NCBI RefSeq assembly: GCF_004010195.1 | Contig: NC_057712.1 | Coordinates: forward strand, 78,478,529-78,542,528 | Source: Chiloscyllium plagiosum | Taxonomy: Eukaryota | Direction of reading: 5' to 3' | DNA length: 64,000 bases | In this document: positions 11,466 to 24,500 of the stretch, piece by piece | How the letters are laid out: every line of letters starts with the position of its first letter | How positions within the stretch are numbered: the first letter of the stretch is position 1 | Translations under genes and position numbers: made by a program | Notes under the pieces: generated by a model | The model's input: the letters and a program-made list of their open reading frames with translations, nothing else | Told to the model about the DNA's origin: nothing | The model's database searches: none

Positions 11466-13257
11466 TTGCTGCTTTGAATTGTCAATAAAGAGTTTACAAA
11501 AATGTGTTGCTACGTGATATGCAAAATATTATTGGGTACTTAACTATGGTGATTGAATAAATCAAATGGTAGTTTTGTTAATTAATGCAGGCGTTTTAGT
11601 GATACCATTAAGTTTGTACCCTGCAGATGAACAAATTGATATGGAAACTGAATCTATGTTTTTTTTATTAACTGAAATGGTTAATTCTTTCCTTTTCAGA
11701 AGCAATGATACAGAGAGTAATTGTTGAAAAAGATTGCAGATTGTAATGACTGGTTTTGGGGCCACTAGGATTGATGCTATTGAGAGGGTGGTTGTGAACA
11801 TTGGCAGCAGGAGTCATAGCATTTAAGAATATGGTAGTCCAACATGGTTGTTATGGGAATGCTATTTTGAGGTATCAAAATCTGATAGTTGCATGGGGTG
11901 ACTTTCAAAGTATGGTTGTACCAAAGGGTTACAGACAGTTCAGAATGCAGAAGCATTGGAGAGGGATCTTGCAGGCTTTGGAAAGGGTTAAAATATGAGT
12001 TAAGATTTCACTTGTATTCTCTTGATTACAAAAGATTGAGGTTTTCACGATAATTAAATGTGAGGATCGATAGAAATTATGTCCTTTTGTTAGGAGTTCA
12101 TGGGAGGGTCAAGCATGCTCCAGAATGAGAGGCCATATCTTAAAATTATGACTAACTTCTTCAGGGTTGATGTCAGGACCTAATTCTTCTCATGATAGAA
12201 ATTGGATATCTGGAATTCTAGCCCAATAACCCCAGAGAAAAGTCTCTCACTCCTTCAAGAGGAAAGCCATTGAGGTTATGCCAATGGACAGCTCAGAACC
12301 TGAAATTGATAGATTTCTGCTACATCAGGATGATTAAGGATACAGAATCAAGGAATTAACAAATGGTTTGCACATGATTGGCCTACTCCTGTTCCGATGG
12401 GGTAGCAGGAAGGGTAGCAAGTTACTGTTTGCAAAAGTTCTATTTGAGGCTGGTCATGGTGAGGAAGATTTTGTTTACATATTTAACAAATCTAGATATG
12501 TTTACTCAACTTTCTTCCTGCTTCCTTCTTGCATTTTCTTCATTCTCTGACATGACTGGACTTCTTTGCAATCAAGAATTGATATAATTTTAATGTTTGT
12601 CAGACCTGACAACTTTTTAGCAGGAGATGTATAGGTCTTAGAATGGGTCAGGTTGTGGTGGGAAAAGATTTCATAACAATAGTTGTTGAACAGTTGTGAA
12701 TCTAATGCTAGTTGAACTCTGATGGATATCCTCCTGCACAAATATCACATTCCCAACTATCTTTAGGATTCTGTTTCAAATTGTTCAAATGCTTTCAGCA
12801 CTTTTCAAATCAGCACTGGCTAGGCAACTGTTGGAGTTGGGACCTGTCATGTGTCATGGATATGATTTCAAAGTAGTTGGAGTATATTTAGTAAAAGGAG
12901 AGGTGAAAATGGCAGTTACGGGCCTATGGAGTTAAGGATATATTTCCAGCAGGAAAAATTGGCCAAGGTAAAGGAAGAAGAGCTGGCTCTTTGGAAGTCT
13001 TAAAGTGGTTTATGGTACCATAAACATAACCAAGCAACACACATTCTGAAAAACAGGTATGGATGACTCATTGAGAGTTAAGTAAATAGCTCAGTTTAAT
13101 TATGACAGGCATAATAAAAGTAGAAAATCATGATGGAAGGTTCTTGCCTCTTAAACATGTGTAGATATACCAGATTTGTTGGCCTCCTACAGTATATCTC
13201 TGATAATGTAAATTAATGGTTTCTAAAATTCTCTTTGTAAAACGATCCATTTCTCAC

Positions 13258-13329
13258 CTGTTGGAGAAGAGTTAATAGACACTCGATTTTCTTCTGAACT
13301 GTCTGAATCTCCATCACTGTATCGATAAC
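13258..13329 (-). CDS. col10a1: col10a1-like internal coding exon (72 nt, phase 1-1): (G)YRYSDGDSDSSEENRVSINSSPT(V)
   Basis: Acceptor ccttgacttttccaaaacag and donor CAG|gtgaga. Length is a multiple of 3, the frame is open, and the phases match both flanking exons. No transcript evidence available. Confidence 0.72.
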
Positions 13330-15814
13330 CTGTTTTGGAAAAGTCAAGGAACACTGTGGACCTTTTTGAATCTTTCATTTGTTACTTTGGGTTCATGTAC
13401 AAGCAGAAAAATAAAATCTGAGAATGGTGGTTGCCACAGAGTTTTTTTGGAGGGGGATTCTATGCAATAGCTGTCAGATGCGGTTGTTTTCAATCACATT
13501 ATAAACAAATAGTGCAGTAACGTATGAAAGTAAGTGCTAAGTTACCTTGGTTGTACACACAATACATGTAACTTTAAAAGCTCATAATGTATAAAGTGTA
13601 ATTAAAAGTTAGGTGTTTGTTCAAGCTTAAATTTAAGTTTTGTTGAAGGATAAAAAGGGAAACGGATGAAACACAGAATTTGGGAAATAAAATGACAGCT
13701 AACATGCTTTTATACAATGTTCACATCCAGGCTTCTCAATGCTGACTGTAGTGTTTACTTTCTTCCTCAAGGTTCCTCCTAAGAAATTTCTTTGAAAAAC
13801 TTCTCTCATAGAAAATGTTATTATAAGCATATCATTCTTTCAAAAATTAGGTAATGCGTTGAAGGTTTCATTATAATCATTCCTTTGTTATTAAAAATAT
13901 TTTGATCAAGCTGTACATGAATAAAAAGTAAACAGAAAATTCAAAAAAACCCCACCCGTGTTTTTGATGGCTATTCTCAAAACAGGAGACTTGAACCTTT
14001 GAGCACGATTATTAAGAAAGACCCAAAATGGGCTGCCATGTCGCAACTGATTTTTGGTATATATGCACTCAGAATCATTTTAAACAAATTTATACTCATT
14101 TGCAAAAGACAGAAACCCAATTTATTTCATAAAACAAGGCAGTGGTTGAACATTCTGTTTTCAAATGTTTTTGGCACCGGCCCTGTAGAAATATTTGTCA
14201 GTTGTCTGAAATCCTTTGGTGCTAATGAAGTGATGGTCTAAATATATTTGGAGGCTTTTAAATGTTTTCACTATAACTAAATTCATGCTTTATGTTGAAT
14301 TTAGTGTAGAAAGTCAAATATCTTGATTACTGACATTACTACCTTAACTTAATATTGCACTCGACTGTCTGCTGAGACTGTGTTCTAACCCACACCCTTC
14401 TGACTCAGGCAAGATTACTGTTTGTTAAACCTTACCAGCACAGTATTGCAATGCCTTAAATAATAATGATAATGCAAAGAATGATTTCCTATTTCTGTTT
14501 GTACACTCTTTGCGCCATTATGTTTGTCAGCAGGATTAGTGAAATGAATGGAATATTTCGACCAGTGTTAAAGTGGTTATATCTTCCAGACAGAATGTTC
14601 TAACTGTGTTCTACTTCTGAATTTAATTATTTTTGTTTCTGCTGGTACATAAAACCAATAGAATATTCTTAACTACAGTTTTGCAGCCATACACGAGTTG
14701 CACTTGAAAGGAACGTTAAGTGCAGTGTTACATTTTATACTAACAACAAATATTTGCCATAAATCGAAAATAGTTTTAAAGTAGATTTTAAATATTTTGC
14801 ATTATATTTCAGTATGTTTATTTTTCTTTATTTGTGCCCATTAATTTAACTTGCAGACATTTGAATATAAAAGCGACTAGGGGCCTGGGTGAAAGAATAC
14901 ATTTTATTATCCAAGCAGGAACTAAGGTTGATGAAAACTTACGAGGTAGTGATTAGTAATGTCAACCAGTTAGAAGATGAAATTTAAATTAGGAAGGTCC
15001 TTAAAAATATGGGTTGCTTAAGCTATGGAACCATAGTTATGTTTCTTATTTCAAATGCACTATATCTGTTTACTTTGTATAAAATTACAATCAACAGAAT
15101 TTTCCATTTGTCTCCTCCTCCTTCAGTGGAAGTTTGGTACATATTGGTTTGTAAATTCCCGATTTGTTCAGCTCTAACTTATTGCTGCTTATGATTTTTA
15201 AAGCTTTTGAATCCATGAAGTATAAGTGACATGAACTTTTGGGTTGTTAGCAACTTTGTGAAATATAACTAGTTAAACCTTCACAATAACCATATCTACA
15301 CTATTTAGTGTTGGCGCATTAATATGAAATTTTCTACTTCACTTGATATTTTTCTTGCATTGCTTTCTGTTTCTCATTCAGTTTCCTTTGTTGCTTGAAG
15401 TGAAAATCTAGATCAGCTGCTTTTTTTCACTATCTCCTAGTAAGTGCACAAATGTCTCAGGTAATCTTTTCCCCTTTTAGGTATCCTACTACTTTTCTGC
15501 GCCTTCCCTTTAATGGCATGAGAGGCATCACAGACTTGCTAAGAATGCAAGTGAAATTGTTTACTGCTACAGGTTACTGCTGTACTTGAACTGGATGCTG
15601 CTCTTTACTGTAAATATTACATATAACTGATCGTGTTGTAAATAGAGGATACCCAAGCAATAATTATTTCAAAAAAAAAAAATTTTTAGTTAGATTCCTG
15701 CATCTGTGGTAACCAGAACTGCATACAGTAATCCATCTATAGTTTGCCATGCTAACTGAAATATATTCTATTATTACAGAATGTTACAGTGGGGCACTTG
15801 GGAAATCTGAAAGC

Positions 15815-17075
15815 AATAAGTCAGAATCAACAAGTTTTTTTTTATGAAGGGAGGTAGTATTTTGTTAATTTATTTGCATTCTTTAAGGAATTAATAAACT
15901 GTGGAGAAAGTAGAACCTGTTGGTGTTCAACACTTATATTTCTGGAAGGCACTTGACAAGGTGCCAAATCAAAACTTGATATGCAAAATAAGAGCTTGTA
16001 GCATTAGAGGCAACATCTTAGCATGGATAGAGGACTGGCTAGCTAACAGCAAACAGAATTGACATAAAGGTGTAATTTTCGGGTTGACGATATGACGAGC
16101 AGGGTACCAGTTAGCTCAATACATATCAATGATTTTGATTAAGGGACTGAGTGTATGGCTGCTCAATTTGCTAATGACATAAAGATAGCAAGATAAGTTG
16201 TGAAGAGGACATGATGCAGAAAAAGGAAATAAATAGTATTCGTGAGTAAGGGGGAAAACTGGCAAATAAAGTCTGCATTCAAATGTTAACTTATCCCAAT
16301 TTGACAGCAAGAAAAGTAGAAACATTATTTAAATGGAGAAAACTTGAAGAATTTAGAAATACAGATGGATCTGGATGACTTGTATCTGAACCACTATATT
16401 GGTTCAGCAAGTGATTAGTGAGGCAAATAGAATATTGTCATTTCTTGCAAGGAGATAGAAAGGAAAAGTAGTGATGTGTTTTTTTTTCTGCTGTATATTT
16501 TGTTGGAATGGCCACATCAGAAGTACTGTGGAAAGTTTTGATCTCCTTAAATTTTTTATAAAAGAAAAGGGCTGTAAATCCTTTAGAAGTAGTTCAAAGA
16601 AAGTTCACTCATCTGGTGCCTGGGATAAGGGAGTTATCGTGAAAGGCTGGATTGACTGAGTCTGTATTCGTGGAGTTTGGAAGAATAAGAGGTGATCTTA
16701 TCAAAACACACAAAGTCCTGAGGGGACTTGACGGAGTGGGTGTGAAGGGATATTTTCCTTATGGGAGAGACTAGACCTAAAGAACGCAATTTGAAAATAA
16801 GAGGTCACTCATTTAGGACAGAGATTAGAAAATTAATTTCTTTGAAGATTGAAAATCTTTGAAATTCTCTGGGAAAGAGAATGATGGAGGCAGAGTCATT
16901 GAATATTTTTAAGGAAGAGCTGATTGATTCTTGACTAACAATGGAGTGAACAGGTATTGGGGCAGGCAGGAGAGTGGAAGTGAGGTCACAATCAGATGAG
17001 CCATGATTTTATTGAATGGAGCTCGTGTGATGGAGCCAATAACCCCTTTTTTGCTCCTGATTGAAATATTTGTAT
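15815..17075 (+). mobile_element. Old degraded CR1-type LINE (RT + 3' end) in collagen intron
   Basis: Remnants of KAxDKVP, KFADD-like and LYSWSLEExxGDLIKT motifs plus a CR1 3' tail, with many stops. Confidence 0.75.
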
Positions 17076-19527
17076 GTTCATAAAAGTAATAATATGTCAT
17101 TGTCAACAACACAGTTCACAACCTCTCACTGTGTATCTTGCTTATATTGTGTGTGCAAAAATTAATTTTGAAACAATTTTAGGTGCAGAATTTAATTCTA
17201 AGTAGAAATTAACTGCTGAAAGGTTTCAGTTTCAGTGTCAGTGAAATATCCTCATCCTTTAGCATCAGTTCTCTGCAAACAGCTGTTGCTTATTACTATA
17301 ATTTTGCCCCTAGTGATCTAGTGTATCTAATAAGAGTTTCGTGAAAGGAATGTACATTATCTTTAGTGTATTATCTTTAGTGTTCTCTACAATTAAAAAA
17401 GATTTCTCCTCACTGAAACCTACAGTGGTCTGTATCTTCAGCTAAATCTTGATGGCATTAAAATAATTTGTAGTTTAAAGTTGAACAATATGTCTGATCC
17501 TATTTCCTTAAAATATTAGGCTTAATTTGTGCAAAAGGTGGATTGAGCTTTCAATATTTTATTGTCACACATAAAGGTAGACAAGTTCCACATTATTTTC
17601 TCTTCCCATTTTTTTTGATGTTTTAGTAATTCTTCGTAAATTTTGGGTAACTCACTGCAGGCAAATCTGAAAACTCCTGACCACTGTGCAGCAGAACCAT
17701 GATCTCATTAGAGAATTTAAATGATTTAGTGGTCATTAATAGAATATCAGATCATTAGACATTTTTTTTCTAAATGGATAAATAATTGTATTCCAAATGT
17801 CACAGTATAATAGGAATTCTGTGCTGCAGTTGTACAGAGTCATTTGAGGATTAAAATAATTATTTTAGTTTTGAATTGTCAAGGATGTGCAGCTTAGATT
17901 ACAGCATAATATTGTTACATCTAGATTTCAATTCTTAAACTTATTTACAATCATAGTTCACATGGGACAACAATTTTGATCCAACAGTTGCTCAGTGCTT
18001 TGCTTACATTGTTTAAAGAGTTATTAAGCTCTTGCTATATTCAATTGTATCCCTTGAACAAATGTAGCTATTAATTGGTGTTGTAAATACATTTTGAGAT
18101 GTTTTCACAATCTATTTTGATTAAAATTCAATTTTTAAACTGCCTACTTTGCTGTGCATATTATGTTAAAACTTGGTCATTTAGGCAGTAGAACGAGTTT
18201 TCCATGGACCATATATCACAACAGCTACTTGCAATTATACGAAATGTTTAACACGATTGAAACAAAGTACTTTACAGAAGAGTTAACAAATAAATTTTGA
18301 CACCAGCCTCAACGGGGAGATCAGGAAAAAAGAATGAACGTGTCAATCAAAAATGTTGATTTTAAAGGCAGTCAGAAAAGAGGTAGAGACGAAGAAAGTC
18401 CAGAAAGTAAGACAAATCCAGAGCACAAGACCAGGGTAGTTGAAGACATGTGCACTGATGAAATGATGAAACTGGTAATGCTCAAGAGACAAGGCTTAAA
18501 TGAATGGAAATCTGTTTGAGGTTTATAGAACTGGCTGCAGAGATGGAGTGGGGTGAAGCCAAGGAGTGATTTGTGAAAAAACGGTGAGATTTTAAAATTG
18601 AAGTATTGTGCACTGGGATGCCAATTAGCTCAGTTGGCTAAATGGCTAGCATATGAATCAGATGATAAGGTTTTGATCCCATTCTGACTGAGGTAGTTTG
18701 AGGCTGCATCTTTGCATCTCTCCAAAATAAAATCTCAGCATAAACCATAATTTGGCAACCATCAAATATTGAAGACCTTACACAGTTTAACCTTCTCAAA
18801 TCTGAGCTCTTTTCATAACTATTTTGAATTTTTTTAAAAATCCAAAAACTCTAGAGTATTTATTTTACCTCCCATTTCCACTATAACAGTAGTCAGATGA
18901 TCCCCACGATAGCCACATACCCTTTTTCCTCCTTTCCATTTCTGGCACTAGCAGTATGGAAGTCACTGTTGCAGGCTTTTACAAATGATTATCACTGTAC
19001 TTAAAGTTGACAGTGATATTAAATTTTTTTTTAATGGTTATAATTCATTTGAATCTTGTCCTTTTCAGCTTGTGATCCAGCAGACATATCTTGAGCAAAA
19101 ATGAACAGCATTAAACATATGCTTTTTTCATCACCCATAACTACCATTACATTCATTGGTGGGGACTGTTTTGGAGAAATAACTGGAGATAATCTATGGT
19201 TTCTAACATTTAAGTAAGCCGTGATGGTGATAATGCATGTGGAATAAATAATATTCTGTGACTTGGATGAGGAGTGCACATTGATTTATAATGCTTAAGT
19301 TGTATAGTTCTTAAAATTGTTTTTCTCATAAGAATCCTAATTCCTAATCATAATACTGCATAGTATGAAGTTGTGATAGCCAAATATTTAATTTTGTCGA
19401 CACTCAGCGATGATTTCAGTTAGCTAACACTAATTATTGATGGAGTCAATGCACTAACATGTTGTGCCAGGTAATGGTTGGCGACAAGTTTGTACAGGAG
19501 TGTCTTAGTCTCACCTTGGTTGTCGAA

Positions 19528-19597
19528 GGAGTTTGTGAAGGATTCCCCTTTGGGAGGGACAGGGAGTTTGTGAAGGATTCCCCTTTGGGAGGGACAG
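19528..19597. repeat. Perfect 35-bp tandem duplication
   Basis: ggagtttgtgaaggattcccctttgggagggacag at 19528 and 19563. Confidence 0.95.
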
Positions 19598-19911
19598 AAA
19601 ATTGAAGTGTACATCAACCTGTGCACAATTTTGCATTCCAAAGTGTCTAGAAAAATTAAATGATAGCGACGTGGATTGCCTGCTTTAAGAGAGTGTTGTA
19701 TCATGTGGGTATTTTATGTGGAGAATATTGGATAAACAAGGTGCTGTGGGAGGAATGTGAATATTAAAATTGCTTGTCTGAGATTTAGCTCAGACTAAAA
19801 TGAAACCAGCAACAAATATTTGAAGTCCGTAGCGAGCTGCCCCCATCTTTTCTGTCAACTTGGATCACCACATTTGTTGTAACTCACGGGGATCACCCCA
19901 TGGACACTTAC

Positions 19912-20011
19912 CAGCTGGATGCTGTGCATGATGATGTCTATAATATCCAAGTCCGTTGGCCAAGGTAACAGACAATAGCAACAGAAGCGCCGCAGTTTCT
20001 CTTACAGCCAT
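19912..20011 (-). CDS. col10a1: col10a1-like first coding exon: signal peptide + NC2 start, MAVRETAALLLLLSVTLANGLGYYRHHHAQHPA(G); full exon 19912-20026
   Basis: Acceptor ttctgtcacaattttacag, 15-nt UTR, Kozak-like aaacATGG, hydrophobic core with A-N-G cleavage motif, donor CTG|gtaagt in phase 1. 100+72+1835 nt = 669 codons including the stop. Confidence 0.9.
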
Positions 20012-20096
20012 GTTTTAACTTCAACTCTGTAAAATTGTGACAGAATTTGTTCTGAACAAAGATAGAAATGTCATCTATTATAATTATATAACATTT

Positions 20097-20432
20097 GGTG
20101 GCACGGTAGCTCAGAGGTTAGCACTGCTGCCTCAAAGCACCAGGGATCTGCGTTTGGTTCCAGCCATGTCTGTGTGGAATTTGCACATTCTCCCTCTGTC
20201 TGCGTGAGTTTCCTCTGGGTGTTCCGGTTTCCTCCCACAGTCCAAAGATGTGCAGGTTAGGTGAATTGACCAAGCTGAATTGCCCGTAGTGTTCGGGGAT
20301 GTGTAGGTTCGGTGCAGTAATCATGGGAAATCTAGGGTAGAGGATTGGGTCTGGGTGGGATACTTTTCGGAGGGTTGCTGTGGACTTGTTGGGCCAAATG
20401 GCCTGTTTCCACACAGTTGGGATTCTATGATC
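20097..20432 (+). mobile_element. HE1-type SINE in collagen intron 1
   Basis: ggtggcacggtagctcagaggttagcactgctgcctc (A-box head), central gtccaaagatgtgcagg, and a CR1-like tail. Confidence 0.9.
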
Positions 20433-20849
20433 TACTGTGCCACTGAGATTCAAAGGTTAAAAGTAAAGGCAAAATGTAAACTGTCAGCAACGATAATTAA
20501 GAAATAGATTATTAATCTTAAAATTTGGAAGAATAAGCTCATTTAGTTTTTAAGTCTGATTTAATTCTTCACACTACAAAAATCATAAAAGCAGATCAAT
20601 ATTGCTGCAATAGTAAGGATGCTATGATATATAGTTTGTAAAGTACTTCGCAAGCAAAATGACAATTAATGTTTGCCGCCTTGTTAATCTTAATTCAAAG
20701 TGAAATTCAAACGTACCAACATATTTTATGTCCAGAATCTTCGTTCACTGTATTCTCCCAATAATTTATCCTCTGAAATAGTGGGGTACCTGATGAAGAA
20801 GTGTTTTCAAAAACAATACATGTTGCTATTTATATATGAGAAAGCTTAC

Positions 20850-21100
20850 TCATACTACAGTGAAGTTGATAGCTCCTCCTTTCAAATGCAAGTACCAATT
20901 ATGCTGTTTCATTTGTCACATTGACAAGTTGTATCAGGTCAGTGGTTTCTTCTGGTTTGAGTTGCCTTTCCTTCTTTGGCTTTGCTCTGCAGTTGCAGGC
21001 ATTTTCAAATTCAAATGTTGAACAGATTTCTGAATTGGGTTTCAAAGATGATTTGTTTGTGGAATTAGAAATCTGACATAAGCAACAGTGAGCAGTATTC
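20850..21100 (-). other. Candidate non-coding exon 1 of col10a1-like gene
   Basis: Lies just downstream of the TATA box. Candidate donor ATGA|gtaagc at 20850/20849. Boundaries are inferred. Confidence 0.4.
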
Positions 21101-21123
21101 TATATCCATGTTACTTGACTTCA

Positions 21124-21141
21124 TTTTATATAATTGTGGTT
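21124..21141 (-). promoter_or_regulatory. Candidate promoter: Runx site AACCACA directly upstream of TATATAAAA
   Basis: Minus strand reads ggAACCACAatTATATAAAAtg, ~1.1 kb upstream of the first coding exon. Col10a1 is an established RUNX2 target. Confidence 0.6.
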
Positions 21142-21571
21142 CCAAAATCTATAAGCTACATCTACTTTTACACCAGATAATCATATTGGGTGTCAGTTTT
21201 CTCAGACTGTAAAATTTGCAGCGGTGACCGTAATTCACAAAACGATCTAAAAGAACAAGGCGAAGAAACTTGAATGAAATGCTGTGAATGTGTTTGTATT
21301 TTTCTTTTTGTTTAAGTGTGTCATAAAGTGTAGAACAATACTGGATGATTTGTGTAAACATCAACATACATATAACATAAATTTTGCAAAGATTCACAGA
21401 TAATTTCCTTCAGTGACATTTAAAATAATGTATGACTGGTGTTAGTAATTCTTATATAACAATGAAATAACACAACTTGGTTACAGTTAGAATAATAAAT
21501 TTGTTCAGATAAAAAATAAGTTGAATTTTGCTCTAGGTTTTAATATTGTTACCATCGTTGTCTCATCTATA

Positions 21572-21745
21572 TTGTGGACAAAGTAAAAAAATCACAAAAC
21601 ACCAGGTTATCGTCCAACAGGTTTACTCAGAAGCTTTTGGAACACTACTGCTTCACCCAGTGGTTGTATCCTGTTGGATATATAACCTGATGCTTTGTGA
21701 TTTTTAACTTTGTCCACCCCAGTCCAACACTGTCTCCTCCAAATC
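21572..21745. mobile_element. Palindromic Penelope-derived short element (hammerhead part largely deleted)
   Basis: gtggacaaagtaaaaaaatcacaaaacaccaggttat is the reverse complement of ataacctgatgctttgtgatttttaactttgtccac. Same family as 34352-34440. Confidence 0.7.
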
Positions 21746-22899
21746 ATTACTATTATCTGTAATGTGATTATCTTCTGACTATTTTGACATTTCTTTTTTG
21801 ACATTTTAATGAACCTATATTGTGTTGATGTTAGTGAATTTATCATATCAAGTATTACAATTAGAAGATTAAAGCAGTTTAATCTACAGTGCATTATCGA
21901 TCTTTACCAGTAGAGTACCTCAGATCCAACAACCTCAGGACCTCGTCTTGCTTGATTGCTCATGTTGCTGAATTTTTGGATATCTTGAAACTACTAAAGC
22001 CTAATATAAAAAACACCCTCAAACAAATTTAGGTTAACCTGAAAGTGGATGATTCTATCCAATTCTTCCTCTAAGCCAGGACCCTACTTTGTATGAAGCA
22101 TCAAAATGTAGGTGAAGGAACAGTCCTGACTGCTCACTCCAGGCACTTCTGCAGATGTCGTAGGAACTGTGCGGTTGTGATTATGTGTTTCCCTTTGCCC
22201 CAGCAGCATGTACTCACCCAAATGTGCCTGGTTAGAAAAACCAAAGGGAAAGCCTCAGGGAGAGTGATTCTGCTCCACAGTAGAAATAAAAAGTGAAAGC
22301 TCGCTTTTTTGATGAGAGAGCTCGTCTGAACACAAGAGAAGTGAAGGAAGAAATCTGGAAATAAACTGAGCAGAAGGATAATCAATAATACAGACATTGA
22401 TCTGAAAACTCGACCAGCACTCCATTTCAAACGTGTCTGATTTATGGAAAATTTCATTTTTAGGCACCCAGCTTTGAGGAACTGTACTTTTACATCAAGT
22501 TCTGCAATTTGAACAGAAGAAAGCCACAAGGAAAATTGAACTACTTAACAATTAAAATTTATGGTAAACAATAATGTTAAAAGTTACTGCTGACAGAGAT
22601 AGTTGGTATGTCGATGTCAAAATTCTGGTTCAACCTGAGAAAGTGACCAAAAGAAACAAGATCAAAAATGGAGTATGTTCTGTTATTTAATCTGATGGTA
22701 ACTTGAACCTAAAGGGACGAATTGATTTAATCTTAAATATCTTCATTTTAATTTTAAGATTATATATCCATGTTCTGGTTGAACCCACCAGAAGAAGTAG
22801 TTATTCTATTTTAGTTAATCCTGCTATCATTTTTATCATCATCACCTGCAGTCCTCTAAATATGGGAGAATACAAGGCAAGTTTATAAAATCTGTACTG

Positions 22900-23330
22900 A
22901 TGGAACCCTTTCAGTCATGTTATAATCCTGGTGAATTTTTGCAATCCTCATTCAAGGCCAGTATACCTGTTCTGAGAGGAAGTAATAGAACCTGAATACA
23001 GCTTTGCACTGGGATTTGTCTAAGGCTATATATAATTGAAACATGCATTCTGAAATGAGGGTCAGCATTGCATCAATATTTTTGTAGTTGGACACTCGGT
23101 TTCGGTCTTCCCACAATCCCAAATCCTTCTGATCCTCCCCAGCCCTCAATATTACAACTTGAAATGAAAAATATTTGCTTTTGTTTTCCATGGATCATAA
23201 ATAGATGACTGTGTTCTTCCCCGCATTGCACACCATCTGTCAGTATTTTCCTAACCTCACTGGCAATGGACCAGACTGTTTGCAAACTCATTATTACATC
23301 TGACCTCTGAGATGAGCTTCTACCCACATG
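22900..23330 (-). mobile_element. Highly degraded CR1-type LINE fragment
   Basis: Minus strand contains EDQKDLG and FQLYIAL remnants of the CR1 RT C-terminal region. Confidence 0.5.
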
Positions 23331-23984
23331 TTTGCACCATCACTACAAATGCCTGTTTCCTAGCCCTGCCCTGAGTAACATCACCAGGCACTGCCTCATC
23401 TCAACTAATCTCTTGCTGAAACTTTTGTTGAAGCCTTTGCTACCTCCAGGCTTAACTATTCCAATGCACTCATGACTGGAGTCCCACATTCTGGCCTCTG
23501 TAAACTTAAGGTCAACCGAGACATCTGCTAACTGTATCCTGTTATTGCTGTCCTTTCATTTCCAAGAGATGATGGACACTCAGTAAACAGTCTATTCAGG
23601 ATCTTTCATCTGGTGAGATAGCTGGAGCGATATGAAAGTGGAAGTCAAAACCTTTATTTTAAGGATGTTTACAATTGTGATGTGAAGGCTCTTGAAATTG
23701 ATTGTCACACCTGAATCAGTAGCTGGTGCAAGGGAAATGGCAGCACCTCCTGTTAGCTGTCATGCAACAACACAACACAGTGAGCCGTGGCTACCTCAGT
23801 TTGGCAATAAGTGTCATTTATCCTTTTTCCTGATTTTATACCTTTCCCCTTTGTTCAGATGCTTCCCTACTTCATTTGTGATAGTTCTGAAACTTCTGGC
23901 ATTTTCTCAATTTCCAGCTTTCTGGTCCCGGCTGCCTTCTCTTCATGGATGATGCTGCCTTTTCCACCAGGCTGCCTGTTGCCT

Positions 23985-24500
23985 CAACTGAAAACTTCCC
24001 ACCATGATTCACAAAGCCCTTGACCATACCTGAGCCATCTCTCTCACTTCTGCCCTCACTCATTCTTACCTTTTCCAGAGCACGATAGGGCTTCCCTTGC
24101 CTTCTCCTCCAGCACAGTGCTACTGCTAAAGATACCTTCCCCTCCCCTCCACCACATTCCAAAGGGATCATTCCTTCCATGGAATTCTAGTCCTCTCTTC
24201 CCTCACTCCTAACTCTTCCACATTCCCCCATGGCAGCTTCCCATGCAATCGCAGAAGGTGTAACATTCACCTCCTCCCTCGTCATCATCCAACCCCCCAA
24301 ACACAGCTTCCACATGAAGCAGCATATCACTTGGTCTTCTAACAACCTATTTTTATTCGCTGCTCACAGTGCAATCTCCTTTACATTGGCAAGATCAAAT
24401 GTAGACGGGTGACCACTTTGTAGAACAATGATCCTGACCTTCCAGTAACTTGCCATTAAAATAAGCTACCTTGTGCTGCCATTAACATTGCCATCCTTTC
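23985..24500 (+). mobile_element. Degraded Penelope-like (Neptune-type) GIY-YIG fragment
   Basis: Remnants of FPCNRRRCN and CSQCNLLYIG..KCRxGDHFVE (Cys knuckle plus YIG). Confidence 0.65.

Noticed and set aside
14436-14520. Candidate extra exon or signal exon ending SFFALSLLFKALQYCA|gtaagg
   Set aside because: No in-frame ATG (upstream TAA) and no pyrimidine-rich acceptor.
20790-20837. Alternative TATA (tatataaat, minus strand) with donor CAG|gtaccc
   Set aside because: It would give a first exon of only ~10 nt and a weak donor. The 21124-21141 site fits better.
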